A DNA stretch of 64,000 bases, taken from positions 10,912 through 74,911 of the forward strand of contig JBDREN010000071.1 of NCBI GenBank assembly GCA_043819795.1, given 5' to 3'. Positions 39,775 through 48,808 of this stretch are shown here, piece after piece (positions within the stretch are counted from its first letter, which is position 1; each line of letters starts with the position of its first letter). Under the pieces are notes generated by a model. The model made no database searches. It worked only from the letters and a program-made list of their open reading frames with translations, and had not been told where the DNA came from. This DNA comes from Elusimicrobiota bacterium. Lineage in GTDB: Bacteria > Elusimicrobiota > Elusimicrobia > UBA1565. The position numbers were made by a program, and so were the translations under genes.

Positions 39775-42700
39775 CGGATCACCACCACGCGCCTCACTAT
39801 GCGCGAGCCCCCGTCCTTGATGACCGCCAGGTACGTGCCCGACGCGGCCCGGACGCCGTTGCCGCTTCTGCCGTCCCAGGTCAAGACGGTGTTGCCCGGG
39901 TCGTCGGCGCTCCAGAGCGCTTCGCCGAGGATGGTGAAGATCTCGACCCGCGAGCCCGCCGGCAGATTCGAGAACGTCAGCCAGGGGGCGTCGAAACGCG
40001 TGCCCGAGCCCGGCTCCCATGGCACGGGGAATATCTGGACGGCGTCCAGCGACGCGGCCGCGACCGAGAGGAACGGGGCGAAGAGCGAAAAGTGGTCGGT
40101 GAGGGCCGTGATCTTGCTGCCGCCGGTGTCCACCCGGCTGGGCAGGACGGTCCATTCTCCGGCGTCCTCGCGGTAGCGCGCGATGACCAGCCTCCGGGGG
40201 TCGGCGCTCGCGGGCAGCATGGCCGGGTCGTAGACCATCGTGATGGTGACCAATCCCTTGGGCTGCCTGCCCCCGGCCGAGATGTCGATGCCCACGTCCG
40301 CGCCGAGGGGAGTGAGCCGGGCCTGGCTCGAGACCGGGGGCGGCAGCGAGAACCGCACTCCGGTGTCAATGGTGAGCGTGGTCCCCGCCGGCAGCGCGTT
40401 CGCGGGGACCTCCAGGCTCACGGAAACGATTTCCGGGTAGGCCGGGGCGACCGAGACGCTCATCGGCTCGGAGTTCGTCGGCACGGTCTCATCGGTCGCG
40501 GTCGCGTAGAACGTCGAGGTGGAGCCCAGGACGAGGTAGTTGGGATCATCGTCGAGGTTGAGCGAGCCGACCCGCACGTAGTACGTGCCGCCGGGCCTCA
40601 GCCCCCCGACGGAGAGGGAGCCGGCCGCTCCCGCGACGGATGCGGAGGAGACGGCGCCGCTGAAGTCGGCGGCCTGGAAAGCCTCGAGCACGTAACCCTC
40701 GGCCGACGCGGACGGCGGGGACGCGGGAAGCGGCGTCCAGCGCGCGGTAATGCTGCTGAAAGTCACCGCGACGAAGGGGCCCGCGGCCGCTGTGGGGGCG
40801 TCGGCCAGCGTCGCGAGCGCCAAGGCCGAGGGGGGCGCTGTCGTCCCGCCGGAATGGTGGAGCGCCCGGACGCGCAGGTAGTAGCGGGTATTGGGGCTCA
40901 GTCCCGAGACGGTCGCCGACAGGTTCCGTGTGACGCTCGAGGCGTTCACCGACGCGAAGGAAGGGTCGTCATCCGTCTCCACGAGATAGTCCGTATGCGG
41001 GGAGTTGCCGTTCGCCTCCCACCGCGCCGTTAGCGCGTCGGTGGCCAGGCCGTCGGCGGAGGGGGCCGAGGGGGCCACCGCGGGGGTGGCCGTGGCCACC
41101 GGGACGCTATAATACTCGTCGGTGACGGTGGAGAGCTTGACTCGGAAGTAGTAGGTGGTATTGGGCGTCAAGCCGGAGAAAGTCCCGCTTTCCTGGCCCG
41201 CGGACCCCGTGCGCAAGGACACGCCCGTCGTGAAGAACCGGTCCTGGGCGAGGGCGTGTACCGGGACCTCGGTCGGAGCCAGGAGCGTCCACCCGAGAGT
41301 CAGGGACGTCGGGTCGGCGGAGAGGAAGCTCACGTCCCGGGGAACCGGCACCTCCTTGACGGTGGAGGTGGAGGGAAGGTCGGTGAACGCGGTGTCGACG
41401 CCTTCCCGGTTGCGCGCCTTGACGCAGAAGTCGTAGCCGGTCTCGGGCGTCAGCCCGGTGAAGGCGAACGCCGTCCCTGTGATCCAGCCCGAGGCCGCGG
41501 CGTCGGAGGGAGTGCCGGTCTTATGCCTCTCGACGTAGTACTGCGTGTCGAGCGCGTTGCCGTTGGCCCCCCAATTGGCGACCACCGAGACGTCGAAGAC
41601 CGAGCTGGGCGCGGCGCTGGCCGGCTGGGCGGCCAGCGTGACCGCATCGGTCGGGACCGCCGTCGCCGTCTCGACCTGCGCGCTGTTGCGCGCCCGGACC
41701 CGGAAGTAGTAGCGGGTGTTGGACGCCAGCGAGGTGAAGGCATGGCTGGCGGCGGTGATCCAGCCGGACTGGTTGACGCCCTGGGTGAAGCCGGCGTCGG
41801 CCGCGCGTTCCGCCAGGAACAGCGTCCCGTCCGGGTTGTCCGCGGCGCTCCAATTGGCGGTGATGGAGGTCTCGGAGATCCCCGACGGGGACAGGCTCAC
41901 CGGCGGGTTGGCCAGCGTCACCACGGGGGGCAGCTCGGACGCGGTGCTCTCGTTGTGCTCGGCGTCCCGCGCCTTCACGCGAAGATAATAGGTCGTGTTG
42001 GCGTCGAGGTCGTAGAAGGTGTGGCTCGTGTCCATGATCCAGCCGGAGTCCGCGAGCCCGCCCGTGAAGGCGGCGTCCGTGGCCCGCTCGATGGAGTACT
42101 CGGTGCCCTCGGGGTTGCCGCCCCCGTCCCAGACGGCCATGATCGCCTCCGAGGCGATGCCCGGCGACCCGCCGCTGGAGGGGGGCGCGACCGGCGTGCG
42201 GGCGCTGGGAAGGACCGTCGCGGAGGTCGCAACGGCGTCGACGTTCCTGGCTCTCACGCGGAAGTAGTAAGTCGTGTTCGGCGTGAGGCCGGTGAAGTTG
42301 TGGCCCAGGGCCGGGAACCAGCCCGCGCCGACGATGTTCCCGCCGAAGTCCTCCTCGGTCGAGCGCTCGACGTAGTAGAGCGTCTCCGGCGCGTTGCCGT
42401 TGGCCCCCCAGTTGGCGGTCGCGGCCGTCGGCCCGATCCCCGACGGCTCGGCGCCGGCCGGCGGCAGGGCCAGGGTCGCGGCGCTGGGCAGCGCAGTCCA
42501 GCCCGTCTCCTGGCCGGCCGGGTTGCGCGCCTTCACGCGGAAATAATAGCGCCTGTCGATGTCGAGCCCGCCGAAGGGGAGGCTCGTGCCCGTGATCCAG
42601 CCCGAGTCCGCCAGTCCCGCCATGAAGCTGGCGGCGGTCGTCCGCTCCACGAGGTATCGGGCCGCGGGCCCGTTGCCGCTGGACGTCCAGTTGGCCGTGA

Positions 42701-45700
42701 TGCTCTCGCTCGTGACGTCCGACAGACCGGAGCTCCCCGGCGCCGCGGCGAGCGCCACCGTCTCGGGCAGAGCGGCGTCCTGCGTCTCGACCCCGCCGTG
42801 GTTGCGCGCCCGGACGCGGAAGTGATAGGTGGTGGCCGGGGTCAGGCCGGTGAAGGTGTGCTGGGTCCCCGTCACCCAGCCCGAGTCCCCGGAGCCGGAG
42901 GTGAAGCCGGCGTCCAGGGCTTTCCACAACAGGGCCTGCGTGCCGGCCGGGTTCCCGTTGAGGCCCCACGCGACGGTGATGCTGCTCGAGTATACCCCGG
43001 CCGGCGGGGCGCTCGACGGCGTCTTGGCGAGCGTGGCCTGGGTCGGGAGCTCCACGAGGGACGTCTCGATGGCGGCGTGGTTCCTCGCCCGGACCCGGAA
43101 ATAGTACGTGGTGTTGGGGTCGAGGCCGCTCGCGTCGAAGCTCGTCTCGGTCGTCCAGCCCGAGTCCGCTGCTCCGCCGGCGAAGCCGGCGTCGAGCGCG
43201 CGCTCGGAGATATACTGCGTGCCGGCCGGGTTGCCGGCGGCGGTCCATTCGGCGCGGATGGAGGTCACGGCGACGTCCGAGGCCGCCGCGGCCACGGGGG
43301 CGTTCGCCCAGGTGGGCATCGAGTGGACGTCGCTGTAGAAGACGTCGTTGGCCGTGGAGACCTTGATCTTGAAATAGTAGGTCGTGTTGGGCGACAGAGA
43401 CCCGAAGGAGACGCTCTCCTGGCCGGCGGCGCCGGTCTGGGAGGCGATGGTCGTCGAGAAGTCCTCGGCCGCCGAGAACACGTAGAGCGGCGCCTCGGGG
43501 GGCGACAAGAGGCTCCATGTCGCGTCGAGCGAGGTCGGGCTCGCGGGGCTCAAGAGGATTCCCTGGGGCGGGAAGGTGGCCGCGAACGGCAGCGTCCTCG
43601 TGGACGTCAGGTTCGTGTAAGCGGTCTCGACCTCGGCGGCGTTGCGGGCCTTCACGCGCGTGTAGTAGAGCGTGTCGAGCGTGAGCCCGTGGAAGGGGTG
43701 GCTGCTCTTCGCGACCCAGCCGGAGTCCCGCGCCCCCGCGGTGAAGCCGCTGTTCTCGGCCAGCTCGACATAGAACTCGGTCCCGGCGGGGTTGCCGCCC
43801 ATGCCCCAGACGGCGGTCAGCTGGGTGTCGGATACGAGAGTCGGCTCCGCGCCGGCCGGCGGCGCGGCGTACGTGAGCGCGGGGGGCAGCTCCGCGCCCT
43901 GCGTGGGGACATTGCCGTGGCTGAGGGCGGCCGCGCGGAAGTAGTAGGTGGTGTTCGGGGTCAGCCCCGTGAAGGTGGCGCTCGTCACGTCCACCCCGAC
44001 CGCCGCGGTCTGCGTGGTGAAGCCCGCGTCCGTCGCCCGCTCCGCCAGGTAGAAGGTCCCGGCGGGGTTGCCGTTGGCGCCCCAGGTGGCGGCCACGGAG
44101 CCCGAGGAGATCCCGGTCGGCGCGGCGCTGGCCGGCATGCGGGCCAGCGTGACCGTCGCGGGCGACGATGTCGGCGTCGATTCCACCGAGTCGCCGTTGC
44201 GGGAGCGTACGCGCAGGTAGTAGGTGGTGTTGGGGCTTAGGCCCGAGAACGCGTGGCTCGTCGTGGAGTCCCAGGCGGAGTAGTCTTGGCCCGATGTGAA
44301 GCCCGCGTCGGCGGCCCGCTCGGCCCGGAACTCTGTCCCCGCCGGATTGCCCGCCGCGCCCCAGCTCACGGCGATGGCGTCCTCGGAGACCGGGCCCACG
44401 GCCCCGGCGGCCGGCGCGTGGGAGAGCGTGTAAGTGGCCGGGAGGGAGACCGTACTCGTGTCGACCCCGATGTTCGGGTCGCGCGCTTTGACGCGGAAGA
44501 AGTAGCGCACGTTGGCCGCGAGCCCGCCGAAGGCGTGGGTGGCGGTGGTGATGAAGCCCGAATTGCCCACGCCCGATGTGAAGCCTGCGTCCATGGCCCG
44601 AACGACGAGGTACTGCGTCGAGGGGGGGTTTCCGTCGTCGCCCCAGGCCGTGGTGATGGAGTCGGCGGCGACGTGCGACGGCGACAAGGAGACGGGGGGG
44701 CCGAGGTCCAGCACCGTGATCGCGACCACCCTTTCGCCCGTAAGATAGCCGTCGGAGGCCGTGAAGGTCACGTTGTAGGTCGCCGCCTTCTGGCCGGAGG
44801 TCGGCGTCCAGGCGAAGGTCCGGCTCACCGAGTCGAAGTCGGCCCCGCTCGGAAGGCTCGAGGCCGAGTAGCCGGTGATGGGGTCGTCGTTTATGTCGTC
44901 GGCGCTCGAGACCAAAGTGATGGGCTCGCCCCACGGGATGGCGACCGCGGTGACCGGCGTCCCGTCCCTCTTCACGGTCACCGCCGGCGCGGAGTTGACG
45001 TTGATGTATATCTGGCCCGGGACCTTCATCTCGTTGTTGGTCTCGTCGAACTCGGCGATGTCGTCGTTGGGGTCCACCGCCACCTTGAAGGTGTAGTAGG
45101 CGGGAGGGATGTCGAGGGGCATGATCAGCACGCGCGTGTCGGTGGCGGCCACCCCGGAAGCGCGGGTGGCGCCGATATTGGCGTCGAGCAGGCGCCAAGC
45201 GCTGTCCTGGAAGATGTAGAAGCCCACGTCGAAGGTCGCGCTCGAGGTGCCGCGGTTCTCGATCGAGTACTCCAGTTGAACGCCCCCGTCGCCGCGGTCC
45301 ACGATGTACTCATCCAGGTCGTCGGGCGGGGCGACTCCCTTGGTCACCCTGCGGACGACGGGGTAATCGTCCTGGGTGTGGGAGAACGCCCACGGCAGGA
45401 TGGCCACGTCGTTGCCCGTGCTGCCCGCGGGGTAGAGGACGCGCATGGCGGCCATGTCGTCCGCGTGTATGTCGATCACATTGTTCGGGTCGTAACCGAA
45501 CGGCCCACTGGCGCCCGGAATGGAGTAGAGCCCCATGATGCTTATCTTGTCTATGGGATGCTTGAGGCCGATGGCGTGGCCGAACTCGTGCGTTATGGTG
45601 GTCTTCAGGTTGAGGGGCGGCGCGTAGTCCGAGGCAAGGGCCAGACCGTACTCCCAGACCCTGTCGGTATCGATGAGGATGTCCGCGTCCGGGATCGTGC

Positions 45701-46160
45701 AAGGGGCCCTCTGCGTGTTCGAGGGAGGGTCCAGAAAGGTATAGATGCGCCATACGCGCGCAGCCGCCAGGGCGCCCTCGCCGATGATGTCGTCCACATC
45801 CCAGCTCACGCAGTTGACCTGATCATAGCCGTCGCGCGCGCACTCCCCGTTGGAATAGGTGGCGGAGAGGGCTGAGCCGGGGATGCCGTTCCACTCATTC
45901 AGCGCGGACTTCAGCGCCGCGTCTTCGGCGGAGCCGCTCGTGAAGTCAAGGGTGTTGATCGTCGCGGCGTATGTGCCGTTGTCCCGCTCGGCGTTGCATC
46001 CGAAGACCCCGCTGTCCACCCATCCTCCGTCGACCCAGTCCTCTCTGTTCGATTCGTAGAATTTGTATGCGGAGGCGTCTTGATGAGCCGCGCAGAGCAG
46101 CAGGCAGACGAGGCACGCGGCCCGGACCCAGTCTTCTCGCGGATGTGAAAGGCGGCTCAT
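39771..46160 (-). CDS. Giant secreted matrixin (M10-like) zinc metalloprotease with CARDB/Ig domains, about 15 FN3 repeats and T9SS/FlgD-like C-terminal domain
   Basis: HEFGHAIGLKH and Met-turn SIMG; VDPNDDIAEFDETNN (CARDB); repeated W..NGNP.GT.Y...GL.PNT.YYFRV.ARN; C-terminus IFPVPW...WDGRS..G..AASGTYL...VVVIR. Confidence 0.9.
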   Translation of the reverse strand: MSRLSHPREDWVRAACLVCLLLCAAHQDASAYKFYESNREDWVDGGWVDSGVFGCNAERDNGTYAATINTLDFTSGSAEDAALKSALNEWNGIPGSALSATYSNGECARDGYDQVNCVSWDVDDIIGEGALAAARVWRIYTFLDPPSNTQRAPCTIPDADILIDTDRVWEYGLALASDYAPPLNLKTTITHEFGHAIGLKHPIDKISIMGLYSIPGASGPFGYDPNNVIDIHADDMAAMRVLYPAGSTGNDVAILPWAFSHTQDDYPVVRRVTKGVAPPDDLDEYIVDRGDGGVQLEYSIENRGTSSATFDVGFYIFQDSAWRLLDANIGATRASGVAATDTRVLIMPLDIPPAYYTFKVAVDPNDDIAEFDETNNEMKVPGQIYINVNSAPAVTVKRDGTPVTAVAIPWGEPITLVSSADDINDDPITGYSASSLPSGADFDSVSRTFAWTPTSGQKAATYNVTFTASDGYLTGERVVAITVLDLGPPVSLSPSHVAADSITTAWGDDGNPPSTQYLVVRAMDAGFTSGVGNSGFITTATHAFGGLAANVRYFFRVKARDPNIGVDTSTVSLPATYTLSHAPAAGAVGPVSEDAIAVSWGAAGNPAGTEFRAERAADAGFTSGQDYSAWDSTTSHAFSGLSPNTTYYLRVRSRNGDSVESTPTSSPATVTLARMPASAAPTGISSGSVAATWGANGNPAGTFYLAERATDAGFTTQTAAVGVDVTSATFTGLTPNTTYYFRAAALSHGNVPTQGAELPPALTYAAPPAGAEPTLVSDTQLTAVWGMGGNPAGTEFYVELAENSGFTAGARDSGWVAKSSHPFHGLTLDTLYYTRVKARNAAEVETAYTNLTSTRTLPFAATFPPQGILLSPASPTSLDATWSLLSPPEAPLYVFSAAEDFSTTIASQTGAAGQESVSFGSLSPNTTYYFKIKVSTANDVFYSDVHSMPTWANAPVAAAASDVAVTSIRAEWTAAGNPAGTQYISERALDAGFAGGAADSGWTTETSFDASGLDPNTTYYFRVRARNHAAIETSLVELPTQATLAKTPSSAPPAGVYSSSITVAWGLNGNPAGTQALLWKALDAGFTSGSGDSGWVTGTQHTFTGLTPATTYHFRVRARNHGGVETQDAALPETVALAAAPGSSGLSDVTSESITANWTSSGNGPAARYLVERTTAASFMAGLADSGWITGTSLPFGGLDIDRRYYFRVKARNPAGQETGWTALPSAATLALPPAGAEPSGIGPTAATANWGANGNAPETLYYVERSTEEDFGGNIVGAGWFPALGHNFTGLTPNTTYYFRVRARNVDAVATSATVLPSARTPVAPPSSGGSPGIASEAIMAVWDGGGNPEGTEYSIERATDAAFTGGLADSGWIMDTSHTFYDLDANTTYYLRVKARDAEHNESTASELPPVVTLANPPVSLSPSGISETSITANWSAADNPDGTLFLAERAADAGFTQGVNQSGWITAASHAFTSLASNTRYYFRVRARNSAQVETATAVPTDAVTLAAQPASAAPSSVFDVSVVANWGANGNALDTQYYVERHKTGTPSDAAASGWITGTAFAFTGLTPETGYDFCVKARNREGVDTAFTDLPSTSTVKEVPVPRDVSFLSADPTSLTLGWTLLAPTEVPVHALAQDRFFTTGVSLRTGSAGQESGTFSGLTPNTTYYFRVKLSTVTDEYYSVPVATATPAVAPSAPSADGLATDALTARWEANGNSPHTDYLVETDDDPSFASVNASSVTRNLSATVSGLSPNTRYYLRVRALHHSGGTTAPPSALALATLADAPTAAAGPFVAVTFSSITARWTPLPASPPSASAEGYVLEAFQAADFSGAVSSASVAGAAGSLSVGGLRPGGTYYVRVGSLNLDDDPNYLVLGSTSTFYATATDETVPTNSEPMSVSVAPAYPEIVSVSLEVPANALPAGTTLTIDTGVRFSLPPPVSSQARLTPLGADVGIDISAGGRQPKGLVTITMVYDPAMLPASADPRRLVIARYREDAGEWTVLPSRVDTGGSKITALTDHFSLFAPFLSVAAASLDAVQIFPVPWEPGSGTRFDAPWLTFSNLPAGSRVEIFTILGEALWSADDPGNTVLTWDGRSGNGVRAASGTYLAVIKDGGSRIVRRVVVIR

Positions 46161-46957
46161 CGCGGGGGCGCGAGGTCCCGGCGGGGGTCCGCGGAGCGCG
46201 CCGGTCTCGGCGTCTTGAGCCTGCCGTCGCGCCGCCGCCGCTCGACGCGCTCTCTCAGCTCGCGGATGAGGTCCTCGGCCGCTCGGCCGGGCCGGGCGCT
46301 AAGGGCCTGGGCCTTGGCCCGCCTCTGCGCCTCGATGCGCAGGCGCGCGGCCCTGGCCCTGGGGTCGCGTTCCACGCCCGGGCTGGCGCGCGCCGGAGAC
46401 ACCGCGCGCTCGGGTCTGGGACGGGCCGTCACGTCGTCGTCGAAGCCGAGCACTTCCGAGCCGCCCGGGCTCGTGAACATGAGATTAGTCCCCGTCTCGG
46501 TGTCCCGGATGACATGGAAGACCCCCTGTCCCATGCCCACGATCGGGACCATGCGCCTCAGGTTCCCTTCAACGAACAAGAGCACGCGCTGGTCCGCCTC
46601 GAAGCGCGGGCTTCCGATGACCTCCTCTGTGCCTAGGTCGGGTATGGTCCCGCCTGTCTGCCGGAGCGTGAAGGTCGTGGCGCCCGCCTCGAGGCTCCCC
46701 TTGAGGATGTCCAGGTCCGCGAACGTGACGAACGTGAATACGTCGGTCCGTTCAGGGGTCCAGCGGGTCTCGACGGACTCGACCGTGCCGACGAATACCA
46801 GATCCGCCGACTCGATCATGTGGTCCAGGCCGAGCTTGGCCAGGATCGTCCCCCACGCGGGGCTGGTCGTGAGGAGCAGAACGGCCGGCATCACGAGCCG
46901 CAGCGGCCACAGGGCCTGGAGCGAGGTCCGGCGAGCGGAAGGAGCGGTTCTCATCAT
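46157..46957 (-). CDS. Exported hypothetical protein with TIMP/NTR-like OB-fold pattern; start uncertain (46954-46987)
   Basis: Hydrophobic signal ending PAWG; ADLVFVGTVESV...ILKG...GG...PRF...VLLF pattern; ATGA overlap with matrixin. Confidence 0.7.
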   Translation of the reverse strand: MMRTAPSARRTSLQALWPLRLVMPAVLLLTTSPAWGTILAKLGLDHMIESADLVFVGTVESVETRWTPERTDVFTFVTFADLDILKGSLEAGATTFTLRQTGGTIPDLGTEEVIGSPRFEADQRVLLFVEGNLRRMVPIVGMGQGVFHVIRDTETGTNLMFTSPGGSEVLGFDDDVTARPRPERAVSPARASPGVERDPRARAARLRIEAQRRAKAQALSARPGRAAEDLIRELRERVERRRRDGRLKTPRPARSADPRRDLAPPR

Positions 46958-47032
46958 ACGCGCGTGGGCGCGAACGTATATATTCAAGTTTGGCTCTGGA
47001 AGCGTTAAATTTCAAGTCCCCGGTTGTTGCAT

Positions 47033-47062
47033 GTCGGCGCCCCCCGCGGGGGGGCCGCCGAC
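47033..47062. repeat. REP-like palindrome copy
   Basis: gtcggcgccccccgcgggggggccgccgac matches the core of the units at 37423-37570. Confidence 0.75.
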
Positions 47063-47141
47063 TTGGCCATGGCGTTCCGCATTTAGATTTGGCAAAGTGT
47101 AGCGGAGACGCGTCACGAACGCCGCGGCGCGGCATGAGCCC

Positions 47142-48767
47142 ATGAACGTCCCCGACTCCAGGCGCTTTCCGTTCGTCGCGATCGCCGCCGCGCTGGCCGC
47201 TTTGCTCTTCGCCGACTACATCTACACCGCCTGGACGTGGCTGGCGTGGAACCGGCATCCCGGCCTCGCGCAGGACCCCTGGCTCCTGTACGCGCTCGAC
47301 GTGAGGGAGGGCGTCTCGGTGCCGATGGGGAACGATCATCCCCTCTACCCCTTCATCCTCTCGCTATGGGCCGGCCGGACGCCGGCAGCCTTCACGATCT
47401 CAAAGCTCTTCAGTCTCGCGCTCGGAGCGGCGACGCTGATCGCGGCCTACCGGGTCGGCGGCGTCCTCTTCGGCCGGCCGGCCGGGCTTCTGGCCGCGGC
47501 TTGCCTGTCGGTCAACTGGATATTCTTGTCCTTGAGCATGTCGCTGCGCGCGGAGGTGCTTCTGCCTCTTCTGTTCCTGCTCAACTGGTACTGCGTCTGG
47601 CGGGGCTTCTCGGAAAGCGGGGCCTGGTGGCTGGCGGCGGGCGCGTTCGCCGGCCTCGCCTACCTGGCCAAGGGGACCGGGACCCTCCTCGTCCTCTCCT
47701 GGGCCGGGGCCGCGGCCGTGGTCTGGCTCCGCGACAAGAGCGTGTGGCGCAAGGCCCCTTGGTACCTGGCGGGCTTCCTGCCCCTCGCGGCGATCCTATG
47801 GTGGGGGAACCACCAGCTCTTCGGCGACATGACCTACAACTTCTCGGTCCGCCACGCCATGTGGCTCGACGTATGGCAAGGCTACTCGGACCGGCCCCTC
47901 GAGACGTTGAGCCCGTGGGGATACGTGGCGAGCCACGGGTTGTCCGGAGTCGTCCGCCGAGTCGTCACGGGGGTCTGGAGGTTCGCCCCGGTCTCCGCCG
48001 CGTGCCTCTCCCCGGCCTCCTCGTTCCCTCTGCCGTACATGCTGCGCTGGCCGCTTTTCCTGGCCGCGGTCGCCGCCGTTTGGACGACGCGCCGCAGGAT
48101 CCTCGCGGCCTTCGCGGGCTTGGAAGGGGGAGCTTGGTTCACGGGGATCCTTTGGGCGCTGTTCTTCGTCCTATTCTCCTGGTACCATCAGGTCTCCCCG
48201 AGCGAGCGCTTCGTGGGCCCGCTGAACCCGGTCATCTTCATCCTGATCGCGGCGGCGGCCGCGGGGGCCTGGGAGGTCGTGGAGTCGCGGCTGGCGGCGT
48301 ACCCGTCGTGGCGGCGGCGCGTCGTCTGGCTCTTGGGCGGCGTTGCCCTGCTGACCGCCGCCGCGCTGTCGCTCAAGGTCCGCGATTGGGGCTGGCGGAA
48401 CCCCTTCGCGGAGGACAGGCCGGCCGCGTGCTACCGCCACGTCTACGAGTGGGTGTCCGGACGCGAGGAGCCGGTCCTGTACGGTCCCAGCGGCGACCTG
48501 CCGTTCTGGTTGCTGCGTGCGCGGCCGCCGACGGTCGGATTGCCCGAAGGACCCCCGCCCGAGGACCTGGCGAGGTGGCTGGCGGAGCGGAAGGTGCGCG
48601 GCGCCGTGGTCGACTGGGACATGGCGGACAGCCCCTTCCTGGGCGGGTATTTCGAGACCGCGGGGGGGCAGGGCGTTCGGATGAAGCGTCCGTTGCCGGG
48701 CTGGAGGACCGTCTACGCCGATCCCCATCACCGGCCGCCGCACGTGCTGCTGCTTGAGAGGGATTGA
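47142..48767 (+). CDS. GT39/ArnT-like multi-pass membrane glycosyltransferase
   Basis: HPLYPFIL, many TM helices, RAE, GLAYLAK, ERF motifs. Confidence 0.8.
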   Translation: MNVPDSRRFPFVAIAAALAALLFADYIYTAWTWLAWNRHPGLAQDPWLLYALDVREGVSVPMGNDHPLYPFILSLWAGRTPAAFTISKLFSLALGAATLIAAYRVGGVLFGRPAGLLAAACLSVNWIFLSLSMSLRAEVLLPLLFLLNWYCVWRGFSESGAWWLAAGAFAGLAYLAKGTGTLLVLSWAGAAAVVWLRDKSVWRKAPWYLAGFLPLAAILWWGNHQLFGDMTYNFSVRHAMWLDVWQGYSDRPLETLSPWGYVASHGLSGVVRRVVTGVWRFAPVSAACLSPASSFPLPYMLRWPLFLAAVAAVWTTRRRILAAFAGLEGGAWFTGILWALFFVLFSWYHQVSPSERFVGPLNPVIFILIAAAAAGAWEVVESRLAAYPSWRRRVVWLLGGVALLTAAALSLKVRDWGWRNPFAEDRPAACYRHVYEWVSGREEPVLYGPSGDLPFWLLRARPPTVGLPEGPPPEDLARWLAERKVRGAVVDWDMADSPFLGGYFETAGGQGVRMKRPLPGWRTVYADPHHRPPHVLLLERD

Positions 48768-48808
48768 CCCGATCGAGAAGCGGGCGGGCGAGACTTCAGG
48801 CGAGCGTA

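Noticed and set aside
41521..45198. 1225-aa alternative-frame ORF inside the matrixin gene
   Set aside because: Arg/Gly/Pro-rich off-frame product expected from GC3 bias.
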